DNA of 64,000 nt, taken from sequence record AP018399.1; one strand, written 5' to 3'. The position numbers and the translations under genes were made by a program. Positions 10,022 through 19,410 of this stretch are shown here, piece after piece (position 1 is the stretch's first letter; every line of letters begins with the position of its first letter). Under the pieces are notes generated by a model. It was not told the origin of the DNA. It saw only the letters and a list, made by a program, of their open reading frames with translations, and searched no databases.

Positions 10022-10204
10022 TTAGTTCGGGAAGATGATGGCCTTGAGTTCCGCCTGCGTGTTGGCGTAGCCCATGAGTTGGTAGCCGTTCGGAATCTTG
10101 TTGTCCTTGCGACGGTTGCGGATGGGGAAGCCGGTATGCGTGGCACCGTTGGAGCGGATGACCATGTACTTGGCCTGACGGTTGGTGTGTGCGGCGAGGG
10201 CCAT
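10022..10204 (-). CDS. hypothetical protein
   Basis: Own promoter at 10233-10260. Confidence 0.65.
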   Translation of the reverse strand: MALAAHTNRQAKYMVIRSNGATHTGFPIRNRRKDNKIPNGYQLMGYANTQAELKAIIFPN

Positions 10205-10263
10205 GCTTGCGCTTCCTTGTGAGTGTGCGTTTATTATAGCGGCTTAACTTGGAATGTCAAGCT

Positions 10264-10647
10264 TTAATCGCTACCATTATCCATGCCGAGTAGTACCATT
10301 GTCAGTCGGGATTCATCGCCGCCATGATGGCGCAGGAATTCCACATGGAATCCGAATACGTTGTCCCGGTCGGGCTGGACGCTCTGCACCATTTCACGGG
10401 TGCCTGCATCTACGGGGAGCTTGCCACGGTTGCGCAGGTAGATGGCATGACCGGCACAACGCGGAGAGGATTCGATTTGCTCTTGCCAATCCGGCTGCTC
10501 ATAGTCGATGAAGATATGGCAGGGCATCCGGGGAGCGAATTCCGCTTGTGAGAGGAATTCCAGCGTTGTGCTGTTGCCGAGGTAGCCCGGAGCGCTTGTG
10601 CGACGCCACGGGCATTGTGCGCAGGGTGTGGTGTGCTGCTTGCACAT
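10264..10647 (-). CDS. DUF6283-like Cys/His protein
   Basis: PCAQCPWRR, MPCH, CAG motifs. Confidence 0.6.
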   Translation of the reverse strand: MCKQHTTPCAQCPWRRTSAPGYLGNSTTLEFLSQAEFAPRMPCHIFIDYEQPDWQEQIESSPRCAGHAIYLRNRGKLPVDAGTREMVQSVQPDRDNVFGFHVEFLRHHGGDESRLTMVLLGMDNGSD

Positions 10648-10649
10648 GG

Positions 10650-10841
10650 TTACAACCCTTCCACTGCTTCACGGGGAATGACGATGGGGTCTTCGGTTCC
10701 GGTGTAGGACAGGACGATGTGGGCATCCGTGACGTATTCGGACACGTCCTCATTACCGATGTACGGAATGAGGATATCGCCGGGATTCAGGCCGAGTTGT
10801 TCGGCGACGGGATGGTCGGTAACGACGTAGCGACGGGCCAT
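10650..10841 (-). CDS. hypothetical protein
   Basis: Small ORF in operon. Confidence 0.55.
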   Translation of the reverse strand: MARRYVVTDHPVAEQLGLNPGDILIPYIGNEDVSEYVTDAHIVLSYTGTEDPIVIPREAVEGL

Positions 10842-10988
10842 TACAGTTCCACCACTTCCAGCACCCACGGGCGCTCATCGGCGGGCAGGGAGTTGATGGC
10901 CTCTTCCTTGGAATTGGCGTTGACGTTGTGCTGACCGCCTGCGACGATGATGAGGTAATTCTTCATTGTCATTCCCTGCTGTTGGTTG

Positions 10989-11273
10989 GTGTGTTTATTA
11001 TAGGCGATTGAGTTGGATTGTCAAGCTTTAGATGATGAGATTTACCAGAGACAGGGAAACGAGGGCCGTATATGCGCAAATCCAGTTGATTCGGCCGTTT
11101 CGTTCCTCTTCGGAAAAATTGCCGGTGATGAGGGTGAGAATACGCTTCATGGTCATGGCCGAGAAGACCACAAACATGATGGTAGAGAAGAGGGTGAAAA
11201 GCCCGGTAATCATGGGTATTATTCGCCGATGTAGTGTGTTTATTATAGGCGATTGAGTTGGATTGTCAAGCTT
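10989..11273. repeat. 40-bp exact direct repeat (promoter) flanking one small gene
   Basis: GTGTGTTTATTATAGGCGATTGAGTTGGATTGTCAAGCTT at 10989-11028 and 11234-11273. Confidence 0.95.
11028..11213 (-). CDS. small membrane protein
   Basis: MITGLF..., two hydrophobic segments, between the repeats. Confidence 0.6.
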   Translation of the reverse strand: MITGLFTLFSTIMFVVFSAMTMKRILTLITGNFSEEERNGRINWICAYTALVSLSLVNLII

Positions 11274-11655
11274 CCAAATCGAAATAGATTTCGTCATCAT
11301 CGCCGCGATAGATGCGACCAGCATAGCGACCGGCGTTGCATCCTTCCTCATATTCCTTCCACCATGCCTCATCCGGATTGCTGGGCATGTCGCATTCCCG
11401 CATGTCACCGGCAATCCATTGCAGGATGAGGGCATCCACCATTGCATCGGTGTAGTCTGCGATTTCTTCCGCCGTGTAGTCGGAAGAATTGATGATGAAA
11501 TGTTCCTTGTCCTGTCGGGCGATTTCGGGCAGCAGGTTGGTCGCATCGGCCACCGCCTGACACCACGTAATCTGACCAGCGCTCAGACCGAGTTCGGCTT
11601 GGCTGGCCGAGTAGGAGCGGGGATTGATGGCAGCGACCAGCTTCGTGATGTTCAT
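11266..11655 (-). CDS. hypothetical protein
   Basis: Own promoter. Confidence 0.7.
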   Translation of the reverse strand: MNITKLVAAINPRSYSASQAELGLSAGQITWCQAVADATNLLPEIARQDKEHFIINSSDYTAEEIADYTDAMVDALILQWIAGDMRECDMPSNPDEAWWKEYEEGCNAGRYAGRIYRGDDDEIYFDLEA

Positions 11656-11693
11656 GGCTTGATGCCCTTGTGTGGTGTGTTTATTATACACAC

Positions 11694-11981
11694 TTAGATG
11701 GCAGATGCAACATGCTTGCGCAGCAGTTCCGCGATTTCCACGGCCATTGCATCCGGCTCTTCGCTGTTCTCTTCGCGAAGGTCATTGATGTGGTCATAGA
11801 AGCTCAGCAGAATGCAGACCATCGTGTGATGCACGTTGACGGTCGCGCCATAGCCATTATTGAAGCCCCGGTACAGGGTATAGATGATATCGCGGGAACG
11901 ATTCGACCAGAACTTGGTGTGCGTATCCTCATAGATGCGCTCGGCCTGCTCATAGGTGAATTCGATGGTGTAGATGTTCAT
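11694..11981 (-). CDS. hypothetical protein
   Basis: Own promoter. Confidence 0.7.
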   Translation of the reverse strand: MNIYTIEFTYEQAERIYEDTHTKFWSNRSRDIIYTLYRGFNNGYGATVNVHHTMVCILLSFYDHINDLREENSEEPDAMAVEIAELLRKHVASAI

Positions 11982-12039
11982 CGTATGGTTCCCTTGTATG
12001 TGGGTGTCATTATACACAAATAAATTAAGCCGTCAAGTG

Positions 12040-12083
12040 TTGACATTATAATTTAGTTGCTGTAAAATGGATGGCAGGCCGGG
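12040..12083 (+). repeat. conserved promoter element copy 1
   Basis: TTGACA-N17-TAAAAT-GGATGGCAGGCCGGG. Confidence 0.85.
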
Positions 12084-12132
12084 ACTACAGCGCGCGGACA
12101 AAAAGAAAGGGAGCCAATCGGCCCCCTTCCTG

Positions 12133-12369
12133 TTACACTGCCCCGATGTACTTGGGGGCGGGTTCCATGTTGTGGAATCCCAGCTTGATGATGGTATGCT
12201 CTTTGTACTTGATGAAGTGGAAGATGAAGAACAGGCGGAAACAGATATCGCCTTCATCATCCACATTCCACTTGAAAAGCATGTGCGGAATGTGGTAGCG
12301 ATTCCACGCCCACCAGTATTGCAGTTTGATGCGGGCCTTGTACCACAGCGCGCGAATCTTCCAGCGCAT
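12133..12369 (-). CDS. hypothetical protein
   Basis: MRWKIRALW..., follows the 12371 ORF. Confidence 0.55.
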   Translation of the reverse strand: MRWKIRALWYKARIKLQYWWAWNRYHIPHMLFKWNVDDEGDICFRLFFIFHFIKYKEHTIIKLGFHNMEPAPKYIGAV

Positions 12370-12370
12370 G

Positions 12371-13045
12371 TTAGACCCCCATCGCTTCGCGGACTTCGGC
12401 GGGCAGCAGGGCGAAGCGTTCGGCGTTGATTGCATTGTAATCGTAACCGTCTTCCTTCGTGTCCATCCAATGCAGCATCCACATGAAGGGAGTTTTCGGC
12501 CACTTCTTGACGAATTCGCCGGTTTCCTTCATCCGGGTCAGCTTGTACACGAACGCTTCGCGGATATCGTAGTCGCCGACGAACGTGTAATCGCCGCGTT
12601 CGCCTTCGCAGCCACCGGAACAGCCGGACGGGTAGACGTTGTTTTGGTCGTTCGCCTTCCATGCGAAATAGACCTTGCCCATGTTCAGCGACGTGGTGCG
12701 GTAGGTTTCCATCGTCAGCAGGGCCGACAGTTCCGGATTCCAGTAGATGCGCTTTTCCTCGTCGCTCGGCTCTTCCGTATCGTCCCACGGATTGCCCTTG
12801 AACGCGACGGTTGCCAGCAGTTGGAAGCCCTGAGCCTCCACGATGGCGACAGCCTCGGCGAAGGTGATGTTGTAGTGCGTATCACGGGCAGCGCTGAGAG
12901 CATTGCGCTTGAGTTCGTTGTGACGCATGGCGAGAGCGAGGCCCAGCAGGTTGCTTTCCTCGGTCCGACGCTCGCCGGTCAGGCGTTCGGCCACGTCGAT
13001 GGGGTCGAAGTCGAGGATGGTTTCCAGCGTGCTATTCTGCGGCAT
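12371..13045 (-). CDS. hypothetical protein
   Basis: 224 aa, own promoter, strong codon bias. Confidence 0.85.
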   Translation of the reverse strand: MPQNSTLETILDFDPIDVAERLTGERRTEESNLLGLALAMRHNELKRNALSAARDTHYNITFAEAVAIVEAQGFQLLATVAFKGNPWDDTEEPSDEEKRIYWNPELSALLTMETYRTTSLNMGKVYFAWKANDQNNVYPSGCSGGCEGERGDYTFVGDYDIREAFVYKLTRMKETGEFVKKWPKTPFMWMLHWMDTKEDGYDYNAINAERFALLPAEVREAMGV

Positions 13046-13097
13046 TTGCCTTGTCCCGTGTGAGTGTGTGATGATTATACCGAATTAACTTGAAATG

Positions 13098-13499
13098 TCA
13101 ATCGGTCAAATCAAAATATTTCGACGTGTTGATGGTGTGCGTCTTCTTGTCGGCGTACACTGCATTGCGCAGGCCGAAATAGTAGTTGTGGAACTTCTCG
13201 TTTTGGTCGTCGCTCATGCGGTCGGTGTACTGGTTCCAATACCAGTTGACCAGCAGACAGGTGAAGGCAGCGGAGACGGTCAGGCGGTCGGCCGTCACGT
13301 CGTTGTAAGCTGCGCTCATGGTCAGTTCATCGCCATCGCACGGCAGCAGCAGGATGGTCAGGCCGTCGATGTTGGCGGTGCCCCACTGTCCACCGTTGAA
13401 GTCGCGGACCTTCTTGCGAGCCACAGCCTGAGCGTAGGCATCGAAGTGGAAGCCCTGAATCGGGTCCAGACCGAATTGCTTGATGAAGTCGATATCCAT
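13098..13499 (-). CDS. ArdB/KlcA-family antirestriction-like protein
   Basis: FNGGQW, LLLP, N..T...LTV.AA, YYFGLRN, terminal D resemble the ArdB/KlcA pattern; 133 aa. Confidence 0.6.
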   Translation of the reverse strand: MDIDFIKQFGLDPIQGFHFDAYAQAVARKKVRDFNGGQWGTANIDGLTILLLPCDGDELTMSAAYNDVTADRLTVSAAFTCLLVNWYWNQYTDRMSDDQNEKFHNYYFGLRNAVYADKKTHTINTSKYFDLTD

Positions 13500-13551
13500 G
13501 ACTGCCTCACTTCGTTGATGTGTGGTTATAATACCACACTTAAATTATATG

Positions 13552-13950
13552 TCAAGCCTCTTCGCGGAAAAGAATTCGCAGCGCGCGGGATAGCCAAAAG
13601 CCACCGACTGCGCTAGCCTTCTCCCGGTTGAACATGACTTGTCCATCCCGGAACGTCACCACGTCGTCATCCTCGCCCGTTTCGTAGGCCACGACGTAGA
13701 AGCCTGCCCGGTCAGCCTCACGGGGAAAGCGGCAGAATGAGGCCATCATTTCAAGCGAATTCCACGCGAAGACGAATTCACGGCACCACAGGCGATTGTT
13801 TACCGTCTGGTAATCGTGCGATGCGTGACCCTTGCGGGCCAATTCGGTGGGTTCCTCATGGGCCATGATGTTGTGCGAAATGCTCGGGCACTTGGAACGG
13901 CCGGTCAGCGGACCCAATCCATCCCTGTCTTCCAGTCGATAAACGAGCAT
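13552..13950 (-). CDS. hypothetical protein
   Basis: VYRLED..GLGP start; own promoter. Confidence 0.7.
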   Translation of the reverse strand: MLVYRLEDRDGLGPLTGRSKCPSISHNIMAHEEPTELARKGHASHDYQTVNNRLWCREFVFAWNSLEMMASFCRFPREADRAGFYVVAYETGEDDDVVTFRDGQVMFNREKASAVGGFWLSRALRILFREEA

Positions 13951-14016
13951 TGCATTTCCCCGTGAGTATGTGTTAAGTATACACGAAAGAAATTGAATGT
14001 CAACAATAATTTAGAC

Positions 14017-14060
14017 TTGACAGGGTTATAATTTAGGTGTAAAATGGATGGCAGGCCGGG
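14017..14060 (+). repeat. conserved promoter element copy 2
   Basis: TTGACA-N17-TAAAAT-GGATGGCAGGCCGGG. Confidence 0.85.
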
Positions 14061-14099
14061 GATGTGTATCCCATGAGAAACATTGTAAACAATAAGCAA

Positions 14100-14130
14100 C
14101 AAAAAGCCCCGACTTTCGCCGGGGCTTTTC
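14100..14130. terminator. bidirectional intrinsic terminator
   Basis: AAAAAGCCCCG-ACTTTCGC-CGGGGCTTTT. Confidence 0.8.
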
Positions 14131-14142
14131 GTGTGGTAGGGT

Positions 14143-14442
14143 TCAGGAAACCGTCTTGAGGGATTCGCGCTTGTCGATGTATCCCTTTTCGACCAGCGTA
14201 TCGAACAGGGCGCAAAGGCCGTTGTTGCGATTCTTGACGGTCATGCGACCGGGGATGTTCTGGCGAACCTGACGGTCTTGGAAGATGATGGTTTCGAAGC
14301 TGCGGACCGAACCGTCTTCACGACGCTCCACCTTGCCTTCCACGGCCATCGCGTAACCCGGACGGCCATCCGGCTTGTGGGTGTAGAGATTCCAGTGGTA
14401 GCCTTCCTGCGTGGACGGAATGTACTGGCTGTCGCTGCTCAT
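14143..14442 (-). CDS. hypothetical protein
   Basis: Own promoter. Confidence 0.7.
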   Translation of the reverse strand: MSSDSQYIPSTQEGYHWNLYTHKPDGRPGYAMAVEGKVERREDGSVRSFETIIFQDRQVRQNIPGRMTVKNRNNGLCALFDTLVEKGYIDKRESLKTVS

Positions 14443-14489
14443 CTTGTGGCCCTTGTTGGTTGGTGTGAGTTGATTATACACCTATTGTT

Positions 14490-14834
14490 TTAATTTGCAA
14501 TAGGCAATTCACCAGCCGCTTCATCCTGTCGCCACTTGGGCACCGGGACATTCTGCATTGCTTCCATGACACCACCTTCCGCACTCTTGGCTGCGGTGAT
14601 AGCATCGTGATACAGACGCTTGCCGAGGAAGTGATAGCCGTTCAGGGCTTCCGGCATGTTCTTGGTGAGTTCGTTCACGGCGAACCACATGCGGGAATTG
14701 AAATTGTCTTCCGTGAATTCGGCCTTGATGCCTTCACCGATTGCGCGGAAGATGGCGTCACGTTCGGCCGCATGGAAATGGCTCATGTGGTTGCGGATGT
14801 AGCGAGCGACCCACCAGCGAATCAGACGACGCAT
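14490..14834 (-). CDS. hypothetical protein
   Basis: MRRLIRWW start after the upstream stop. Confidence 0.65.
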   Translation of the reverse strand: MRRLIRWWVARYIRNHMSHFHAAERDAIFRAIGEGIKAEFTEDNFNSRMWFAVNELTKNMPEALNGYHFLGKRLYHDAITAAKSAEGGVMEAMQNVPVPKWRQDEAAGELPIAN

Positions 14835-14835
14835 G

Positions 14836-15039
14836 TTAGCGGCCCTTGAATGAGTTGTGTTCGGCGACGATGGTTTCCGCCAGTGCCAGCCCGTAGACGG
14901 TTGCCACAACGTCCGCTTCCGTGTCACCGTTGGGCGTGCCGTTGTCGATGCGAATCGTCCAGTTGCCATGTGCATCGGGACATTCGTCCACAATCCACTT
15001 CTTCTTGATGCGGTTGAGTTCGCTGTCGAGCTTGTTCAT
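14836..15039 (-). CDS. hypothetical protein
   Basis: Own promoter. Confidence 0.65.
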   Translation of the reverse strand: MNKLDSELNRIKKKWIVDECPDAHGNWTIRIDNGTPNGDTEADVVATVYGLALAETIVAEHNSFKGR

Positions 15040-15090
15040 GGTGGCGATTCCGTTGAGTGTGTAATAATTATACACACTCAAATGAAATTG

Positions 15091-15309
15091 TCAACCCTTC
15101 TTTTTATTTTCGTCTCGGGCTTGACGGAAGCCGCGCAGCTTGTCAAGCTTGCGCCACACGTCCCGCTGCACCAGCTTGTATTCTGGGGCGTTCAGGGCGT
15201 CGAGGCGCTGGCTCAGGTCTTCGTAGTAGCTCAGCAGTAGATTGAGGTTCGCATCACTCAATGCGTCCCCATTGTCCAGCGCTTCGTTAGCCGCTCGCAG
15301 TTTGTTCAT
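15091..15309 (-). CDS. hypothetical protein
   Basis: 72-aa ORF. Confidence 0.6.
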   Translation of the reverse strand: MNKLRAANEALDNGDALSDANLNLLLSYYEDLSQRLDALNAPEYKLVQRDVWRKLDKLRGFRQARDENKKKG

Positions 15310-15510
15310 GCGATGCGGCCTTCATAGGGATTGCCCGCCTTCCACGATTCCGGCGAACAGGTATCGGAATGGCGGGACGTGTGGTTGGTCCAGTAGACCT
15401 TGCCATCTTCCACCTTGACCAGCGTGTACGTCGAGCCACGCCACTTGACTTCGTTCGGGAGATTTTCGCTCACGGCCTTGCCTCTTTGATGATGTGTTTA
15501 TTATAACACG

Positions 15511-15804
15511 TCAAAAGTATTTGTCAATATCCTGTTGCATCTTGACAATGCCAACGGGATTGGCAGAATGGACACGGACCACAGCCGGAACGGTCGCACC
15601 TTCCAGCTTGCGCATGATGATGTATTGCAGCACGTCCCAGCCCGTCATTTCCTTGTTTCCGTAGAATGACGCGATATCGTGGTCTAGCGAAACTTCATCG
15701 TATTCGCCAGAGTCGAGCATGACGATGGCTTGATGAAAGTTGCGGGCCACGTCCCAGCCTTCGGGGCATGGCCGCAAATCATCCACGTACAGCCTGCGGC
15801 TCAT
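15511..15804 (-). CDS. cyclic-phosphate-processing receiver-domain-like protein
   Basis: LYVDDLRPCP.GW..AR, SLDHDI, VHSANPVG..M. Confidence 0.75.
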   Translation of the reverse strand: MSRRLYVDDLRPCPEGWDVARNFHQAIVMLDSGEYDEVSLDHDIASFYGNKEMTGWDVLQYIIMRKLEGATVPAVVRVHSANPVGIVKMQQDIDKYF

Positions 15805-15998
15805 TCGACTTTGCCCGTGCCGTGGCAGTAGGTGCAACGCTCTTCGTAGTTTTCCACTTTGGTAGACGGGAAATAACCCATCCCCAGCGCGGCACCCATG
15901 ATGACGCCCATCGCCATATCCGGGACAACACGGGTTTGCGTGCGGGTGCCCTTGCCGTAGCAGAAACTACAATTGCGCTTCTCTTTCTTGTCGCTCAT
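15801..15998 (-). CDS. small protein with CxxCxGxG zinc motifs
   Basis: CSFCYGKG, CTYCHGTG. Confidence 0.6.
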   Translation of the reverse strand: MSDKKEKRNCSFCYGKGTRTQTRVVPDMAMGVIMGAALGMGYFPSTKVENYEERCTYCHGTGKVE

Positions 15999-16324
15999 TA
16001 CAGCTTTTCCTTGAGTTGACGCATGATTTCCAGCGAATCATTGCGGTACAGCTTCATCGTGTGGTGAATGTCTTCCACGTCCAGCACGATGTAAAATGAA
16101 TCATCGTTGTGGTCTTCATCCCAATCAGCCACAGCGAAGTTTTCACGCGGGAAGATGATGATTGAATCATTGTCTTCACCGACGTAGAAAATGATTTGGT
16201 CGGTTGCGTCGGAATAGCCAACGCTCTCCACCAGCGTTGCACCGTTGACGATGATGGTCACGGAAGCGAGTAGCAGGGCAATCGCTCGGCCGGATTCGAT
16301 GGGGTTTGCAGGCTGGAAAGGCAT
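15998..16324 (-). CDS. hypothetical protein
   Basis: 108-aa ORF. Confidence 0.65.
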   Translation of the reverse strand: MPFQPANPIESGRAIALLLASVTIIVNGATLVESVGYSDATDQIIFYVGEDNDSIIIFPRENFAVADWDEDHNDDSFYIVLDVEDIHHTMKLYRNDSLEIMRQLKEKL

Positions 16325-16354
16325 TGTATGTTCCTTAGTTGAGAAAGGCCGGGA

Positions 16355-16468
16355 TTACTCCCAGCCCTTCTTTGCGTGCTTCTCTTTGCGCTTGTAGTCG
16401 TTCTTACGGTCGCGATGGGTAGCGGCCTTGTTGAACTTGTGGGCGTTCTTGGCGACCGGGTTGTTCAT
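16355..16468 (-). CDS. small basic DUF7230-like protein
   Basis: MNNPVAKNAHKFNKAATHRDRK..Y.RK.KH. Confidence 0.6.
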   Translation of the reverse strand: MNNPVAKNAHKFNKAATHRDRKNDYKRKEKHAKKGWE

Positions 16469-16527
16469 AGCACTAGCTCCGTAGTTGATGTGTGCTAGTA
16501 TACTTATAATTTTCCCGGTGTCAAGCG

Positions 16528-16922
16528 TTATTTGTTCGCTTCGATGATTTTTTCTGCGAACTCCACGACTTCCCACATGGCATTGCGAACTTCACCGTAT
16601 CCGGCAGAATGCCCATCATCGTATGCCTTGGAATAGCAGGCATTGAACGTGGCATCATTCAGATGGGAATGCTCGCCGCGCAGCTTTTCCTTCCAGATGC
16701 CTTCCAGCACGGAACGCTGATGGCGGTAGATGCGTTCGGCGTCCGCGTAGGCCACCATATCGCGCTCATGGGCTTCCAGTGCATCGGCATGGGCACGGAA
16801 GTCGGCCGGGTCTTGTCGCGGCCCAGCGTGGAAATGCTCGGCTTCTGCGGACGGCTCGGGTAGGGCAGTTCACGCAGGGCGGTTTCGATTTCGGCGAACG
16901 TGTTGTCGGTCGTGATGTTCAT
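16528..16922 (-). pseudogene. frameshifted hypothetical gene (about 131 aa if joined)
   Basis: Frame switches near 16806-16811 from ..GRDKT to ADFRAHADALEAHERDMVAY.. Confidence 0.6.
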
Positions 16923-16952
16923 GTGTTTATTATAGTCCCTTATCTTGAAATG

Positions 16953-17183
16953 TCAAGTGGGTTGACGTTCTTTCATGCGCTGTTGGATGATGCGCAAGCG
17001 CTGCTCTTCGGCCGTGGTCGGCGGCAGATGGTCGCGGTAGCTCTTGACCACTTCGTCAACGTGCCACGACGAAATCATGCCCTTGTCGTCCAGCTTATCG
17101 CCGTGTGCGAACTGCACGAAAGCTTCGAAGCTTTCCGGTTCCAGCAGACGGGATTCCGCGACTTTCTTGAGGTCGTGCCACAT
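16953..17183 (-). CDS. hypothetical protein
   Basis: MWHDLKK start. Confidence 0.6.
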   Translation of the reverse strand: MWHDLKKVAESRLLEPESFEAFVQFAHGDKLDDKGMISSWHVDEVVKSYRDHLPPTTAEEQRLRIIQQRMKERQPT

Positions 17184-17415
17184 GATTACTTCCCTCCGAT
17201 GAGGAACAGGGCCAGCGAACCGAGGAACCACAGCGCGGCGATGGTGGCGATGCTGTTGAACTTCGGACGGTACCAGTTGTTCTTGTAGGCTTCGACCAGC
17301 GTCAGGATGATGAGGACGATGCTGATGAGGTTCCAGAGAATCATGCGGGCCGTTCCGTAGTGGGTATGTGTGTAGAATATAGGGGTTAACTTCTCTTGTC
17401 AACCCCTATTTTCAA

Positions 17416-17681
17416 TTAAAATCCCTTCGACCAATCCTCAACGCCCAAGATTTCGAACAGGCGTTCGCGGGTGACCACTTCGATAGCCTTCATATCGCGT
17501 TCGGCCATGATTCGATTGGCCTGCCGGACCGCACCATGCATGGTCGTGTAGGCAAAGTTTTTGCGCAGGTAGGCCGCATCGAAGTCACGGGTGAAGTATC
17601 CCGGCTTATGTGATTCGCGGGCTTGCGCATCCACACATTGAACATGGGGGCATTCGGGTCAATGATGTAGAACGTGTCCAT
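17416..17681 (-). pseudogene. probably frameshifted hypothetical gene
   Basis: MDTFYIIDP..RKPANH switches near 17605-17612 to KPGYFTRDF.. Confidence 0.5.
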
Positions 17682-18201
17682 TTCGGCACCGAGTTGGAGT
17701 ATGTGTGTAAGCATACGCCATCCAATCCCGGTTGTCAAGTGCTTTACACAAATAAAAACGCCGACTAGGATTGCGCTAGTCGGCGGTGAATCTCTCAAAA
17801 CCCCTATTTCGGCAACAATCGGGGGCCGGGGTGTGCATCCCCTCTCAAATCCCTTCACGTTGAATGTATGCACCATTCAACCTATAGAAGCGCCGTCCGC
17901 TCTTCCGGGTTCACTGTCACGGCTCCGCAACGTCCCGACTTCTCTAGGGATACATTCCCTACTGTTTCGACATGCAATAAGGTCATAACTCCCTATCGTC
18001 TCACATGCCAGCGTCAGGCTTGAACAGTTGTCAATCTTTTAAATTAGTCAAAAGTTTAAGCGTCTCAAGATGAAATTAGGTCATGGTATTAGAAGGCACT
18101 ACCCTCCTTTTCACTATTTAATTTATCAGTTCACTTAGGGCCGGACTGGTTACCGGGAGAGATTGCAGGTTATCATACCTGCATCATTTGTCAAGCGGTT
18201 T

Positions 18202-18435
18202 TTACTGCTTGAAACCGTAAGCAATGAAACCGCCACGGGTGTCGCCGTCAATCTTGTCCGTGCCCACCTTGTAGGAGCGGCCAAAGATATCGAACAGTTC
18301 CGTTTCCGGGGCCAGCGTGGCAAGCTCTTCCGGAGTGATGAGGGACAGTTCGGTCCCTTCGGCCAGCACCGGTTCCCGGTCTTCGTTACCCCACTTGAAC
18401 GTCGGGTGGTTGACAGTCCACTTTGCGCGATTCAT
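18202..18435 (-). CDS. hypothetical protein
   Basis: Own promoter. Confidence 0.7.
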   Translation of the reverse strand: MNRAKWTVNHPTFKWGNEDREPVLAEGTELSLITPEELATLAPETELFDIFGRSYKVGTDKIDGDTRGGFIAYGFKQ

Positions 18436-18483
18436 TGCATATCCTTGTGTTGGTGGTTTATTATACCACGTCGAAACGGATTG

Positions 18484-18804
18484 TCAACGTCGTCCGGCAA
18501 ATGCCATTGCACGCATTGACCGCTCATCGCTCGCCCGGTTCCAATACCGGTCCTTGCAGTTGTTCCGCCCCTTGTTCGAACAGAACGCTTGCTGATACGA
18601 TTTCTTCTTGAACGTGTTGCCACAGCCCGGACACTTGCATTCGCTGCCGGTCTTGGTTGCCTTGGCGACTTCGTACAGGTTCAGGCTTCGCAGCTTGGCG
18701 ATTTCACGGGCTTTGCGTTCCCGCTCTTCCTCTTCGGCTGTCCACCCGTCTTCCAGTAGGTCAGACAGGTATTCACCTTCGCTGATTTCGTTCGGGTCAT
18801 GCAT
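18484..18804 (-). CDS. hypothetical protein with Cys cluster
   Basis: CKCPGCG..F.KK..QQAFCS..CKD.YWN. Confidence 0.7.
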   Translation of the reverse strand: MHDPNEISEGEYLSDLLEDGWTAEEEERERKAREIAKLRSLNLYEVAKATKTGSECKCPGCGNTFKKKSYQQAFCSNKGRNNCKDRYWNRASDERSMRAMAFAGRR

Positions 18805-18982
18805 TAGCGGTACTGCCTCCGGCGTAGTTCCTCGTCCAGTGCCGCCCGCCATTCCCAGCCGTAGAAGTCGCCGGTTTCGTCGCCACGGGAGAATGCGTCT
18901 TCCTTTGCCAGCTTGGCATCGGTCCATCGCCGCATGTTCTTTGCAACGCGACGGCGGTACTGCTTGCGGTCTTCGTGTGCCA

Positions 18983-19219
18983 TTAGTCGGTTTCTTCGTT
19001 GGGGTAATCGAAAAACGTACCATCATTTCCGATGGCAATAAGTTCGCTTTTCAGCGATTCATCGGGGACAAGTTCCGACAATACGGTGTCCACCGACCCA
19101 CGAATCATGTTCCCCGTGTCACACTCATCCAGAATATCCAAGAGAGTGTAATTTTCCAGCTTGTCGTCGTCGGTATGATACACGACGAATTGCAGAACGC
19201 TCTTACGCACATTACTCAT
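18983..19219 (-). CDS. hypothetical protein
   Basis: MSNVRKSV start. Confidence 0.6.
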   Translation of the reverse strand: MSNVRKSVLQFVVYHTDDDKLENYTLLDILDECDTGNMIRGSVDTVLSELVPDESLKSELIAIGNDGTFFDYPNEETD

Positions 19220-19410
19220 ACTTCTTCCTCCATTTCTTCCAGTTCTTCGGAGTCCATGTGGCAGTCGAGGCCGCACGCACGGCAACGCAGATGGGTGGTG
19301 TTGCCCAGAGTGCCCAGCAGGGTGAAGTTGTAGCTGCCGCAACCGTCGCACTGCATCGTCTTGACTCCTGATTGATTGTGTGTGAATTATAGCTCAGGTC
19401 TGGGTGGCTG

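Noticed and set aside
12067-12429. ORFs starting MDGRPG (also 21637 and the extension of 62722)
   Set aside because: The ATG comes from the repeated element; no RBS, frames differ between copies, and they overlap real opposite-strand genes
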